A model generated the notes under the pieces. The model was given only the letters and a program-made list of their open reading frames with translations. It was not told the origin of the DNA and did not search any database. From a virus: a DNA stretch of 64,000 bases. The DNA is taken from positions 8,623-72,622 of IMG/VR virus record IMGVR_UViG_3300021498_000001. The stretch is one strand, 5' to 3'. The position numbers and the translations under genes were made by a program. Positions 17,808 to 28,000 of this stretch are shown here, one piece after another. Within the stretch, counting starts at the first letter, position 1; every line of letters starts with the position of its first letter.

Positions 17808-18804
17808 AGGTTATAAGGCAATAGGAGATGCACTTTACACTTCTCCTTTGCCTAGGCTTATGAAAGAAGATGAATATGAGCAAGTAGATGTTGCATGCTG
17901 GGAATCAAACCAGCAAGTGTTTTGGAACAATCCTTATGTGGATAACATCAGGGTATTTCCAGATGACCTAAGCGAAGAAGAATTTGAGCATTACTACAAT
18001 GAATGGCACAAAGAATATGATGTGATTGTAGATTTGAGATATACAATAGAAAGCAAGTATCTCTTTCGCACAGATGCTCCTTTGCCCTCTTTAGAGGAAA
18101 GAAGAAAGAAAAATAAAGGAGTGAATTATTACAAAGAGACAATGAGAGTTGCAGGATATAAGTTAGATAAAGGAAGGCCAGAATTATATCTTTCCAAAGA
18201 AGAAGAAAAGATATTGCAAGACTTCAAAAAAGAGAATCCAAAATTTGTAATTTGGCAGTTGTATGGCTCATCCAATGCAAAACAGCTTGTTCGTGCTCCT
18301 TTATGGATAACTGAGATTATGAAAAGAGTGCCTGACTGCAAACATTACTTGGTAGGTCATGCTCATTTCAGCACTAAAAGATTATTTGGCTCAGATAAAG
18401 TCAAATGCATGGCGGGTATTTGGGGCTTGAGAACATCTATGCTTATGTGCAAATATGCAAATTTAGTAGTCGGGCCTGAATCTGCTATAACTAATGCTTC
18501 GGGTGCTTTTGATACACCGAAATTTATAATGTATTCAGGCACTTTGCCAGAAAATTTAGGCGGAGATTTTGAAAATCACTTTGCATTTTGCCCTAAATGT
18601 GAATGTTATCCCTGCTACAAAATAAGCATAAGCCCAAAAGAGGTTTGGAACTTGAAGAAAAGAAGGCTTGCTTATGCAAACATGGAAGAGTGCAGAGTGA
18701 AAGACCCATTTGATTGTTACAGATATTTAGGATTTAAATGCACACTAAGCCTTCCAGAACAAGAAATTATAGAGAAGGCTGTGGATATATTAAAGCATAG
18801 TTAG
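17779..18804 (+). CDS. Glycosyltransferase family 9 (heptosyltransferase-like)
   Basis: AIGDALYTSPL, NNPYVD, VVGPESAITNASGAFDTP, CxCxPC. Confidence 0.8.
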   Translation: MSKGKAIIFRGYKAIGDALYTSPLPRLMKEDEYEQVDVACWESNQQVFWNNPYVDNIRVFPDDLSEEEFEHYYNEWHKEYDVIVDLRYTIESKYLFRTDAPLPSLEERRKKNKGVNYYKETMRVAGYKLDKGRPELYLSKEEEKILQDFKKENPKFVIWQLYGSSNAKQLVRAPLWITEIMKRVPDCKHYLVGHAHFSTKRLFGSDKVKCMAGIWGLRTSMLMCKYANLVVGPESAITNASGAFDTPKFIMYSGTLPENLGGDFENHFAFCPKCECYPCYKISISPKEVWNLKKRRLAYANMEECRVKDPFDCYRYLGFKCTLSLPEQEIIEKAVDILKHS

Positions 18805-18813
18805 GAGGATAAT

Positions 18814-19119
18814 ATGATTGGTGGAGTTACTATAGAAGAATACGATGCTTATGATAAAGAAACAATTACTGTAAGTTCGTCAGTAGTTGGATTTTCGAGC
18901 AGCAAGATTACAAATTGTAAGATTGCATACTGTACTCTTGATCCAAGTGCTGGCGCTATAAGATATTGGATGGACGGGTCAAATCCCACTTCAAGCGAAG
19001 GACATTATGTAGCTGCAGGAGGCAGTTTTACTATCTCGGGAAACAATAATATTCGCAATTTCAAAGCTATAAGAGCGGGTGCTGATGACGGTAAATTACA
19101 GGTAACTTACAAGAAATGA
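18814..19119 (+). CDS. Small virion structural protein (putative)
   Basis: AGGAGG RBS; IRYWMDGSNPTSSEGH beta-rich sequence within the structural operon. Confidence 0.55.
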   Translation: MIGGVTIEEYDAYDKETITVSSSVVGFSSSKITNCKIAYCTLDPSAGAIRYWMDGSNPTSSEGHYVAAGGSFTISGNNNIRNFKAIRAGADDGKLQVTYKK

Positions 19120-19652
19120 GAATCCCAGCTAAATTAGAAAATATAAGCAGAGTTTTGGAACAAATTAAAAAGAATATAACTATGGAAATTGAAAAAGCAG
19201 GCAGGGAAACAACAGAAAATATTACCCAATCTGCAATGGATTTAATGAAAGAACATGCTCCTGTTGCTTTTGGTGCATTGAAAGACTCCATAGGAAAGAG
19301 ACTTGTGTATGGATATCCTGTTATGTATGGCATAAGTGCAACAGGTTTAAAAAGACCTTCTGTAGGATATGCGGAAGCAGTTGAATATGGAGTAAAAGCA
19401 AGTGCTTATGGATATACAGTACATGGAAGGCATTATGAAGGTGTGCCTCCTTGGGGCAGAGGTTCAAGACTTTATGAATGGGTAAGACTAAGAGGACTTG
19501 CTCCTTTCTTATCAACCTCTGCAAGGATAGCTAGAAAGATAGGAGAGAAAGGGATACCTGCAAAGCACTTTGTGAAAAAATCTCATTCTGTTTTGGTTGG
19601 ACTTGTGCCAGATACTGTAAAGAGAGTTTTTGATAAACACTTGCATTTTTAA
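19116..19652 (+). CDS. HK97 gp10-like neck/tail-completion protein
   Basis: APVAFGALKDSI, YAEAVEYG, PAKHF motifs. Confidence 0.75.
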   Translation: MRIPAKLENISRVLEQIKKNITMEIEKAGRETTENITQSAMDLMKEHAPVAFGALKDSIGKRLVYGYPVMYGISATGLKRPSVGYAEAVEYGVKASAYGYTVHGRHYEGVPPWGRGSRLYEWVRLRGLAPFLSTSARIARKIGEKGIPAKHFVKKSHSVLVGLVPDTVKRVFDKHLHF

Positions 19653-19661
19653 GGCAAGGCA

Positions 19662-20111
19662 ATGAGTTTAAGTACAATTAGAAGTGAGATTAAATCGATT
19701 TTAGAAGGCATAAGTGGAATAGGCAAGGTGTATGACTATCTGCGATGGGATACAAGAGATTGGAAGGGATTCTTTAACTTATTCAAATCCAATGGCTCTT
19801 ATCATGGATGGATGATTACAAGAACAAGCACAACAGAAAATAGAAGGTTTGAAACAGACCATAATTTGAGGACTTATACATTTAAAATAGTAGGCTTTTA
19901 TCCTTTGAACGATGCAAAGGCAACAGAGAAGACATTTCAAGACTTAATAGAGTCAATATGCACAACATTTAGAACAAATTACAATTTAAATGGAAAGTGC
20001 TTAGATTCAGACCCACCTGAAGTGAGTGTTGTAGAAAATAGAATGTTTGGCTCTATTGTTGCACACTATGCAGAGATTATACTTAGAGTAAGAGAAAGAA
20101 TTACACTATAA
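19662..20111 (+). CDS. Tail terminator/completion protein (putative)
   Basis: About 150 aa, between the gp10-like gene and tail tube; starts IRSEIKSIL. Confidence 0.6.
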   Translation: MSLSTIRSEIKSILEGISGIGKVYDYLRWDTRDWKGFFNLFKSNGSYHGWMITRTSTTENRRFETDHNLRTYTFKIVGFYPLNDAKATEKTFQDLIESICTTFRTNYNLNGKCLDSDPPEVSVVENRMFGSIVAHYAEIILRVRERITL

Positions 20112-20122
20112 GGAGGCTTGAA

Positions 20123-20254
20123 ATGGGCAAGATGAAATTTCAAAGCAGAGCAGGTGGACATTACTCTCCTGCTCCTCCTAAGCCTAAAGCAAAGACTAAA
20201 GCAAAGAAAGAAGTCAAAGCAAAGAAAGAAACAAAGGAAGGAGGTGACAAGTAA
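20123..20254 (+). CDS. Small Lys-rich protein (43 aa), not in ORF track
   Basis: AGGAGG RBS; MGKMKFQSRAGGHYSPAPPKPKAKTKAKKEVKAKKETKEGGDK; TAA overlaps the tail tube ATG. Confidence 0.6.
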   Translation: MGKMKFQSRAGGHYSPAPPKPKAKTKAKKEVKAKKETKEGGDK

Positions 20255-21228
20255 TGTCCTTATTAACAAGAAGAAGTGTTGTATTGGCAAAGATTGAGAG
20301 CAATTATGGAACGGATGCAAGCCCAGGAACAGCGGATGCTATTCTTTGTACCGCTCCTAGTGTTACTCCTTCGGGTGACTTGCTCACAAGAGATTTTGTA
20401 AGAAGCTCTATCTCTCCTTATCCTCATGTTATCGGTGCAAAGACAGTAGAGGTTACATTTGATACTGAGATTAAAGGTTCAGGTACAAACTCAAGCACTT
20501 CTACAAGTGACATTATTCCTGAAATAGGAGTCTTATTCAGGGCATGTGGATTGAGCGAAAGCGTGACTTATGGCTCTACTTCAGGTACTCCTACTACTTA
20601 TTCAGATTTAACTGCTTCTTATCAGCCAATTTCTACAAACTTTGAGAGCGCCACTCTCTATGTCTATTTCGATGGTGTGTTGCATAAGGTTGTAGGTTGC
20701 AGAGGTACTTGTGTATTGACACTCGATGCAGGTGCATTTCCTAGAATTAGCTGGACATTTAGAGGTCTGTATCAGGATGTTGTCGATGCCAGCTTGGTGA
20801 CAGGAGAATATGACGATACTCAGCCACCTATTGTTGAATCCTTGAACCTGAAACTCGATTCTTTCTCCCCCAAAGTACAGTCAATTACTCTTGATTTGGC
20901 AAATACTCTTACTGAGATTAGAGATGTCAATTCAAGCGAAGCCATGCGTGAGATTACAATTACAAACAGGGATGCAAATGGAAGAATCAATCCTGAGATG
21001 GAACTTGTTGCTACTTATGACTTCTTTGGAATCTGGAAAAATGCAACAAAGAAATCTCTAAGCTGTACCATTGGAAGCGCAGGTGGAAATAAGATTATAA
21101 TCTCTTGTCCTACAATTCAGGAGAACAGTTTGGCTTATGCAGATAGGGATGGAATCAGGGCACTAGATATTCCTATCAAGTTGGCAAGTGAGAGTGGAGA
21201 TAATGAGATAACAATTAAATTTGTATAA
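20254..21228 (+). CDS. Major tail (tube) protein
   Basis: 324 aa; LAKIESNYGTD N-terminus, LFRACG, YADRDGI; upstream of chaperone and TMP. Confidence 0.8.
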   Translation: MSLLTRRSVVLAKIESNYGTDASPGTADAILCTAPSVTPSGDLLTRDFVRSSISPYPHVIGAKTVEVTFDTEIKGSGTNSSTSTSDIIPEIGVLFRACGLSESVTYGSTSGTPTTYSDLTASYQPISTNFESATLYVYFDGVLHKVVGCRGTCVLTLDAGAFPRISWTFRGLYQDVVDASLVTGEYDDTQPPIVESLNLKLDSFSPKVQSITLDLANTLTEIRDVNSSEAMREITITNRDANGRINPEMELVATYDFFGIWKNATKKSLSCTIGSAGGNKIIISCPTIQENSLAYADRDGIRALDIPIKLASESGDNEITIKFV

Positions 21229-21270
21229 TTGCCTCTGTTTGAGGCAATAAGATTAAATAGGAGGTAAGGG

Positions 21271-21729
21271 ATGCCAAATTATGAAGGTTTTGACTTATCT
21301 TTAGATGAAGAGGTAATCGTGCTTATAGATACACAGCACGGAAAGGAATTTGAACTCAAGCATTATGTAAGAAGGCCCAAGACCTCAGAGTTTAAAGAAT
21401 ATAGAAAGAGAATGAGTGAATTTAGAGGCGGATTGAGACGATTTAAGTGGGAAGATAGAACAACAGATGCTGCAGAGTGGTTGTATAGAAAGATTATACA
21501 AAGAGTAGAGGGCTACACTCTTTCTGCTTATGGAAATAAAAGTGTAATGGATATTACAAGAGAAGAATTAGAAGAAATAAGTCAGCGTCGTGGAGAGAGA
21601 TATGAGTCTTGGGTGGATTTAATCCCACCTAGGCATAAGATGTTTGTAATAGATAGAGTTGCTGGCTTGGTGGTTGAAGGTGAGACTGAAATGGAGGAGC
21701 AATTGGGGGAATCTTTAAGCGGAGCCTAA
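21271..21729 (+). CDS. Tail assembly chaperone (gpG-like)
   Basis: Between tail tube and TMP; slippery G GGG GAA near the 3' end. Confidence 0.75.
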   Translation: MPNYEGFDLSLDEEVIVLIDTQHGKEFELKHYVRRPKTSEFKEYRKRMSEFRGGLRRFKWEDRTTDAAEWLYRKIIQRVEGYTLSAYGNKSVMDITREELEEISQRRGERYESWVDLIPPRHKMFVIDRVAGLVVEGETEMEEQLGESLSGA

Positions 21730-22013
21730 GATACAGCTGCGATCCCAAAACTTGTGATGCATATAGGATTTCAGGTGGAAAGGCTTGTAAAAGTTGTCCC
21801 AACAATCCAGAGAATTGGCAAAAAGACCTTGACCCAAATTGGATTGCTTATTCAAACTACATAATTTGGTTGCATACTCTAAAGAGTATAGGGTGCACCT
21901 TCTTAATGGATGACCTATCTCTTTCTGAGTGGAAGGCACTAGAGATTCTAGAGAGAGAAATCAAACTTAAAGAAAAAGAAGAAATGGAGAAAATTAAGAA
22001 AGGAAGGAAGTAA
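21705..22013 (+). CDS. -1 frameshift extension of the tail chaperone (gpGT-like)
   Basis: The -1 frame is open from G GGG GAA (21705-21711) to TAA 22011-22013, which overlaps the TMP ATG; about 100 aa, GIFKRSLRYSCDPKTC...CKSC...GRK. Confidence 0.75.
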   Translation, partial: GGIFKRSLRYSCDPKTCDAYRISGGKACKSCPNNPENWQKDLDPNWIAYSNYIIWLHTLKSIGCTFLMDDLSLSEWKALEILEREIKLKEKEEMEKIKKGRK

Positions 22014-25000
22014 TGGCTGGCTATGACGTTAGTATCACCATAACCACACGCTGGAGAGAAGCAGGCAAACCTCCTTCTCCTGAGCCTGTTCAAAAAACAG
22101 AGCAGGCAGTAAGGCGTACTACGGCTGCACTCAAGGAGCAGCAGAGTATTCTGGCAAGATTCATCCGCAATTGGAAAAACACCTTTGCTGTTTTCGCTGC
22201 AGGATATGTAAGCGTTGTAGCTTTCCTAGAAGTGTTGCGTCTTATGAGTCAGACTATTGCGGGTGGAATCCAAAAAATTGCAGAATTTGAGTCTGCTGTC
22301 GCTTCTCTTACAGCAAGATTAATGTCATTGATAGGAGTTAGGCCTGGAGAAAGTCTGTCTGCAGGTTGGGATAGACTAACAGAGTATGTGAAGAATGTCT
22401 ATAATTGGGCTATCAAGTTGGATGCTCAATTTAGCGGGACTACTGAAGAATTAATGGAGGCATTTAGAGCATTGGCAGATCAAGGCATTATTTTAAATGT
22501 TCAAGCCGAAGAACATCGCAAGGCTTGGCTTGCTATTGCAGAAGCTGCTAAAGCTGTGAATCCTCATATCAGAAGACAGGGACAAATGTATCAAGAAATT
22601 AGAGCTTGGGTGCAAGGAATTGTGAGACAGGGAAATGAGCTTGCAAGACAATCAGAAGCAATGATTCCTAACTATAAAGAGCAAGTCAAGCTACTTGCAA
22701 GTGCTGATGAGTGGGTGCAGTTTATCAATACTCATTTCTTAGGTTACTTAGTCTTGTCCAAAAAGATAGGTGATACTTGGGATGCAGTAGTTTCAACTTT
22801 TGAAAGCTACTTTACTCTCCTGCAAAGAATGGGACTCAGGCCCTTGTTTGAAACATTGAAGAATATCATTGCCAGCATGGCTGATTATCTAAGAAAACAT
22901 CTTGTGCCTCTTAGTCTCAATTTTGCTGCTATCTGGAAAGCAATTGGGCCTGCAATTCAATTGATAGCAGATATTTTTGGAATCATATTTAAGACAGTAA
23001 GTGCCTTGTCTCCTATTATTGCTGCATTCACTCATGCGGTTGGCACTTTGGCATCCTTATTCAGAGTGCCTCTAAAATTATTCTCTATGCTTTTAGATAA
23101 TGCAATAGAATATGAAACTCATTTATATAAGATTGAAGAGCAGCAGAAAAAGACTTTCGCTATAAGTGAAGAAGAAAGAAGACTATTGGAATTAAGAAAA
23201 AAGGAAGAACAGATTGATTTAACTAAACCTCTACAATTAGCAGAAGAAGCAGAATATGAATTATTAGCAGCAGCTAAAAGTGCTACTTATGCAAGAATAG
23301 AACTAAAGCGAAGAGAAGTCAAAGACGCTATTGAGGCCATCCAGAAGAAAATAAAGGCATTGCTATTGGTGGAAGAACTGGAATCTAAGGTAGCTAAGCA
23401 AGGCATGAAGGAAGCAGAAGAAAGGCGCAGGAAATGGGAGAGTGACTATAAAGAATGGGTTAGACTCAATTCAGAGCTTAGTCAATTGCAACAGAGATTA
23501 TATCGAATGCCTCTTGGAGGTGGAGCTGAAGCGGGAGAAATCATGTCTCGAATAAGGCAAATTCAATCTAGAATATTAGGACTATCAGAAAGCCTCAATA
23601 AATATAATAAAGCTCAAGAAGACTATGTAGAGCATGCTGAAAAGGCCAAAGAAGCTGATGAAAAAATAGCAACACTCAGAAAAAAACTCGTTACATTAAA
23701 TAAATATCTTGCACTTCTCAATGAAAAATTAGCAGAGGAAGAAAAAAAGATAGCAGAAGAAAAGGAGAAAAATGCACAAAAAGAGTTGCTGAATATTAAG
23801 AAACTTTCTGATGCTTATGCTGCCTTGGCAGCAGATTATGAAAGATATCAAACTCAAATGGCTACAGTTACAGAAGACCTAGCAACAGAAAGATTGAGAA
23901 TAGAATCTGAATTGACAGGCAGTCTAGAGGCTCAATATCGCTATCGAGTACAACAAGTGGAAAGATGGGAAGCTGAAAAATGGAATCGAGTCAAATCTAT
24001 TCAAGAGAGCATGCTGAAAAAAATAGATAATATGAGGCGTCAAATAGAAGAGCAAAGAGCTAAGGAAAACAGAGAGCTTAGACTGGATGAAGCTGCCACG
24101 CTTGTTGACCTCGAAATAAAGGAAATGGAGATTTATAAGGATGTGCAAGAAAAGAAAGTTGAGATAGCAAGAATTGCTGCTGAAAAGGAGAAGCAGATTT
24201 TTCTAGATACGTATGGGTATGCAATTAATTTGGGAGAAATGCTTGAAAGTACTGTTGCAGATGCTTTCGAAGGAATAGTTCTAGGTACTCGTAAACTCGA
24301 AGATGTGTTTACAGCTATGAGAGATGTGATTGTGGAACGCTTTTCTAGAATGTTTGCAAGAATGATAAGAGACAAACTAGATTTTGATACATTTTGGGTT
24401 GTCAATGTGGAGAACATGCCAAAACAGTTTGAAAAGTCTGTCTTTAATATAAGAAGTATCTGGAACTCCCTGATGAACTGGATGACAAGCTCTATAGGTA
24501 AACTCACAGGAGCAATTGGCACCATTGGATATGGCATTGCTGGAATGGTGGGAGGAGAGCCTTGGAGAGCAATAGGTGGAACAGCTGCAACAGCAGCTAT
24601 GCTTACAGGGCATCCTGTTATTGCAGTCGCTACAATTACAACAGCAGAGATTGCAAGAGCAATATTTAAGGGAAGAGTAGAATGGGTATCTGTAGGAGCA
24701 CCTGCTGCAGGAATGGCGGGAACAAGAATCGGACTTGAGAGAGGATGGTGGGAAAGCATGTCCACCTTCTGGAAGATTAGTTTGTCATTTCTTACTGGAT
24801 GGATACCTATATTTGGTAGTATTTTTGGCAGAAAATGGCCTACAATTAGAGGTACTCTAGAAGCCTCTCTAACCTTCTTAACAGAAGCATCTCAAATAGC
24901 AGATGAATATGCAGAAGAAATAAGCAAGGTTTCAGGTGGAACAAAGGGACGAGTAAGATTTGAAGAAGCCACAGAAAATGTCAGAGTCATTATCCTTCAG

Positions 25001-28000
25001 TGGCGTGATGTAAAAGGAAGCATGGATGAGTTATCATTAGCATTCCTTAAGTTTACTCAGGATGTCATAGATACATATAATGCCTATTTTGCAATGTTAC
25101 CTGAAGACATAAGAGAGGCACTTATAGAATCTTTACCTCAAATAGAATTTGCCTTTGCTGGTGGACGCAAAGATATGGAAATATTAGGAAAAAAGGTTGC
25201 CACCAAGATGTTGATAGAGACATATCTTTCCTGGGGCGTGCCGTTAATAGAAGAGTTTAATAAATTATTGGGCATAGATTTATTTGAAAAATTTGGCTTG
25301 GAAAAGACTTGGGAAGAATTGATAGAAAAGGCTGGAGTTGACATATTTAGAGAGTTTGGTCGAGCTTCGCATAAACGCAAAGAGGAAATAGAAGAACTTT
25401 ATGAGTACGTTACCCAAGAACTTCAGACTACTGTAGATGTTGTACTCAGAACTGCTGGAACCTTATACAATTTGATGAAAGTGTATGGAGATGGAGTTGA
25501 AATTTATTTTGATAGCATATTAAATTATGTAAAGGATATTGTAGATAAATATACCGCTGAAATGTCAGGCTTAAAAGAAGAAGAGGTAGCGAAAAAGGCC
25601 GAGGAGTTAGGAAAGACAGTAGATGAATATTTATCAGCAGTAGTTTCTTTCATAGAAGACATAGAAGATACAATTGCTGAATATACTCTGGCTCCTGCTG
25701 CAAGAGAAATCAGAGACATAGAAAAATGGTATCAAGAAAGAATTGCAGAAGCGGAGTCATTAGGTTTATCTATCGAAAGACTTAACCAAGCAATGGCTCT
25801 CAAATTCTTTAAGCCCATAGAAGATATTATAGATACCAGAAGTGATTTTGAAAAAGCCATAGATGAGCTCAATGAATGGTATTTAGCAGCAACAGATTTC
25901 TTTGAGAGACACCAAGAAGTATTAGAATCCTTAGGCTATTCTATTGAAGAGATAATCCTTGCATACAGAACACAATTGGAAAGGTTATTCTTATCTCCTT
26001 TAGAAGAACTCAGAAAAAGGATTGCATCAATAGGTGGCGGTGTACAGATTACACCTGAAGAACGTGCTGCTGAGATATCCAGAATTCTAGATGAAATTAT
26101 GACTTTGCTTGCTTCAGATACAGAAACCCTTGCTTCTCAATGGGAGCATCTCCTTGAGCTCTTAAATGAATATATTAATTTACAGGAGCAAGCATATGAG
26201 GAACAAATAGAACAATTACGCGATGAGTATGAAAAGCGGAAAGAATTGACTCGCAAGGCTTACGAAGAAGAAATGGAAAAAATCAGAGAAGAATATCAAG
26301 CTAGAATCGATGCAATTCAAGACGAGATTTCACAGGTAGAAGAATTAATGAGTGCATGGGAGTCCATCCAAGATAGAGTGGATGACCTTATTGAACAGAT
26401 TGAAGAAGCAGGCAAAACGCCTGTAGAATCTTTGGAGTCTGCTTGGAGTGAATTTCAAGATTTATTGAGAGAAATAATGGAGGCTCCTCCAGAAGAAAGA
26501 CCTGAGCTCATAGAGGAACTCTTGGATTTAATGCCAGAGATATTGAATCTTGCAGAAGATATTTTTGGTCAGGGAGAAATTCTTAATCAATTACAACAAT
26601 ATTTCTTGGATATTTTAGAGCACATAGGAGCAGAAGCTGAATCTCAACTGGATGTATTGAAAGAAACAAGAGATGCTTTGGAAGCACAAAAAGAGCTGTT
26701 GGAAGATGAATTGGATATGAGATTAAGCGAATTAAATGAGTCAATGGAAGCAGCCTTGAATGCCTTAGATGAGGATTTACAGTCTAAGATTGATGAACTT
26801 ACTCAATCAACCATTGATGCATTAATGTCATTGATAGACACTGTCGAAGAAGCAGGAGAAGGCATTATAGATTCTATGACTGGAGGCGAATTTGCTGGCA
26901 TTTCAGAAGAAAAACTTGAGGAATTAAGAGAAAGTTTAGAATCGTTACAAAGCAGTTTTGAGGGACTGGATTTAGGAACTATCAATGAAAATATAAGTAC
27001 ATTGACAGAAACAACTACCGATCTAATACCAACGATGAGTGAAAATCTTGCTAATGAGGTTGCGTTGATGAATGACCAGATCTTACCACTATTGCAACAT
27101 ATAGACGAAGGCATCAATACAGTCCTTGTAAATGTTATAAACAGTGCAGTTTCTACATTGTCTGAAGCAGTTGGAACTGGAGTTGCATCTATTAATGGCC
27201 AGATTGCAAGTACAGGTGCATCTCTCGGCAATGCAATCTCAAGTGCTGCATCCTCAATTTCATCTGCTATATCTAGTGCAGCGAGCTCAATATCTGCTTC
27301 TATTTCTGCCATTCAATGTGTCTGTGAGAGTCATTGTCATTGTGACTGTTCATGCACCTGTAATGTTAATACAGAATCAGCACAGGCAGGTGGAATTGTA
27401 ACTCGTCCAACATTACTCATGGTAGGAGAAGCAGGTCCAGAAGCAATAATACCCTTATCTCGATTGAGTCAATATGTACCTACTTCGAGATATACTTATC
27501 CTGCTTATTATGAGCCATTTATAGATCCATGGAAATTATGGGATGAGATAAGAGATTTAGTTGATGCAATAAGAGAACTCACAGAAGAATTGGCGGATTG
27601 GATAGAAGAAGCACTCAATCCTTTGTATGATTTTGAGAAAGATCTAGATGAGATAATAGAAGAAACCAAAGAGTGGATAAAATTATTAGAAGCACATAGA
27701 GATTATCTTGAGAGCATTGGGTACAATGTTGACCAGCTTATCGATTTAGTAAAACAAACAGCTTGGGAGAAAATTTTGGATTTGATTGAAGATGATATAG
27801 AAGAAGTGAGAAATCTTGTAAACTATACTTCTGATTGGGAACAGGAAATTGCTGATATTCTAGATTGGTATGAAGAGTTAACAAGGAAGACAGAAGATAT
27901 ATTAGATATACTGGAGGAGACATTAATTCCAACAGTTTTAAAGAAATATGGAATTACTACTATTCAAGATTTGGAAGAAGTAATCAAGGATTTGGAGAAG

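Noticed and set aside
24133-27312. Long antisense ORFs within the TMP (24133-24765, 26803-27312) and similar antisense ORFs in other large genes
   Set aside because: They lie antisense to well-supported genes, lack RBS or motifs, and are explained by codon bias.
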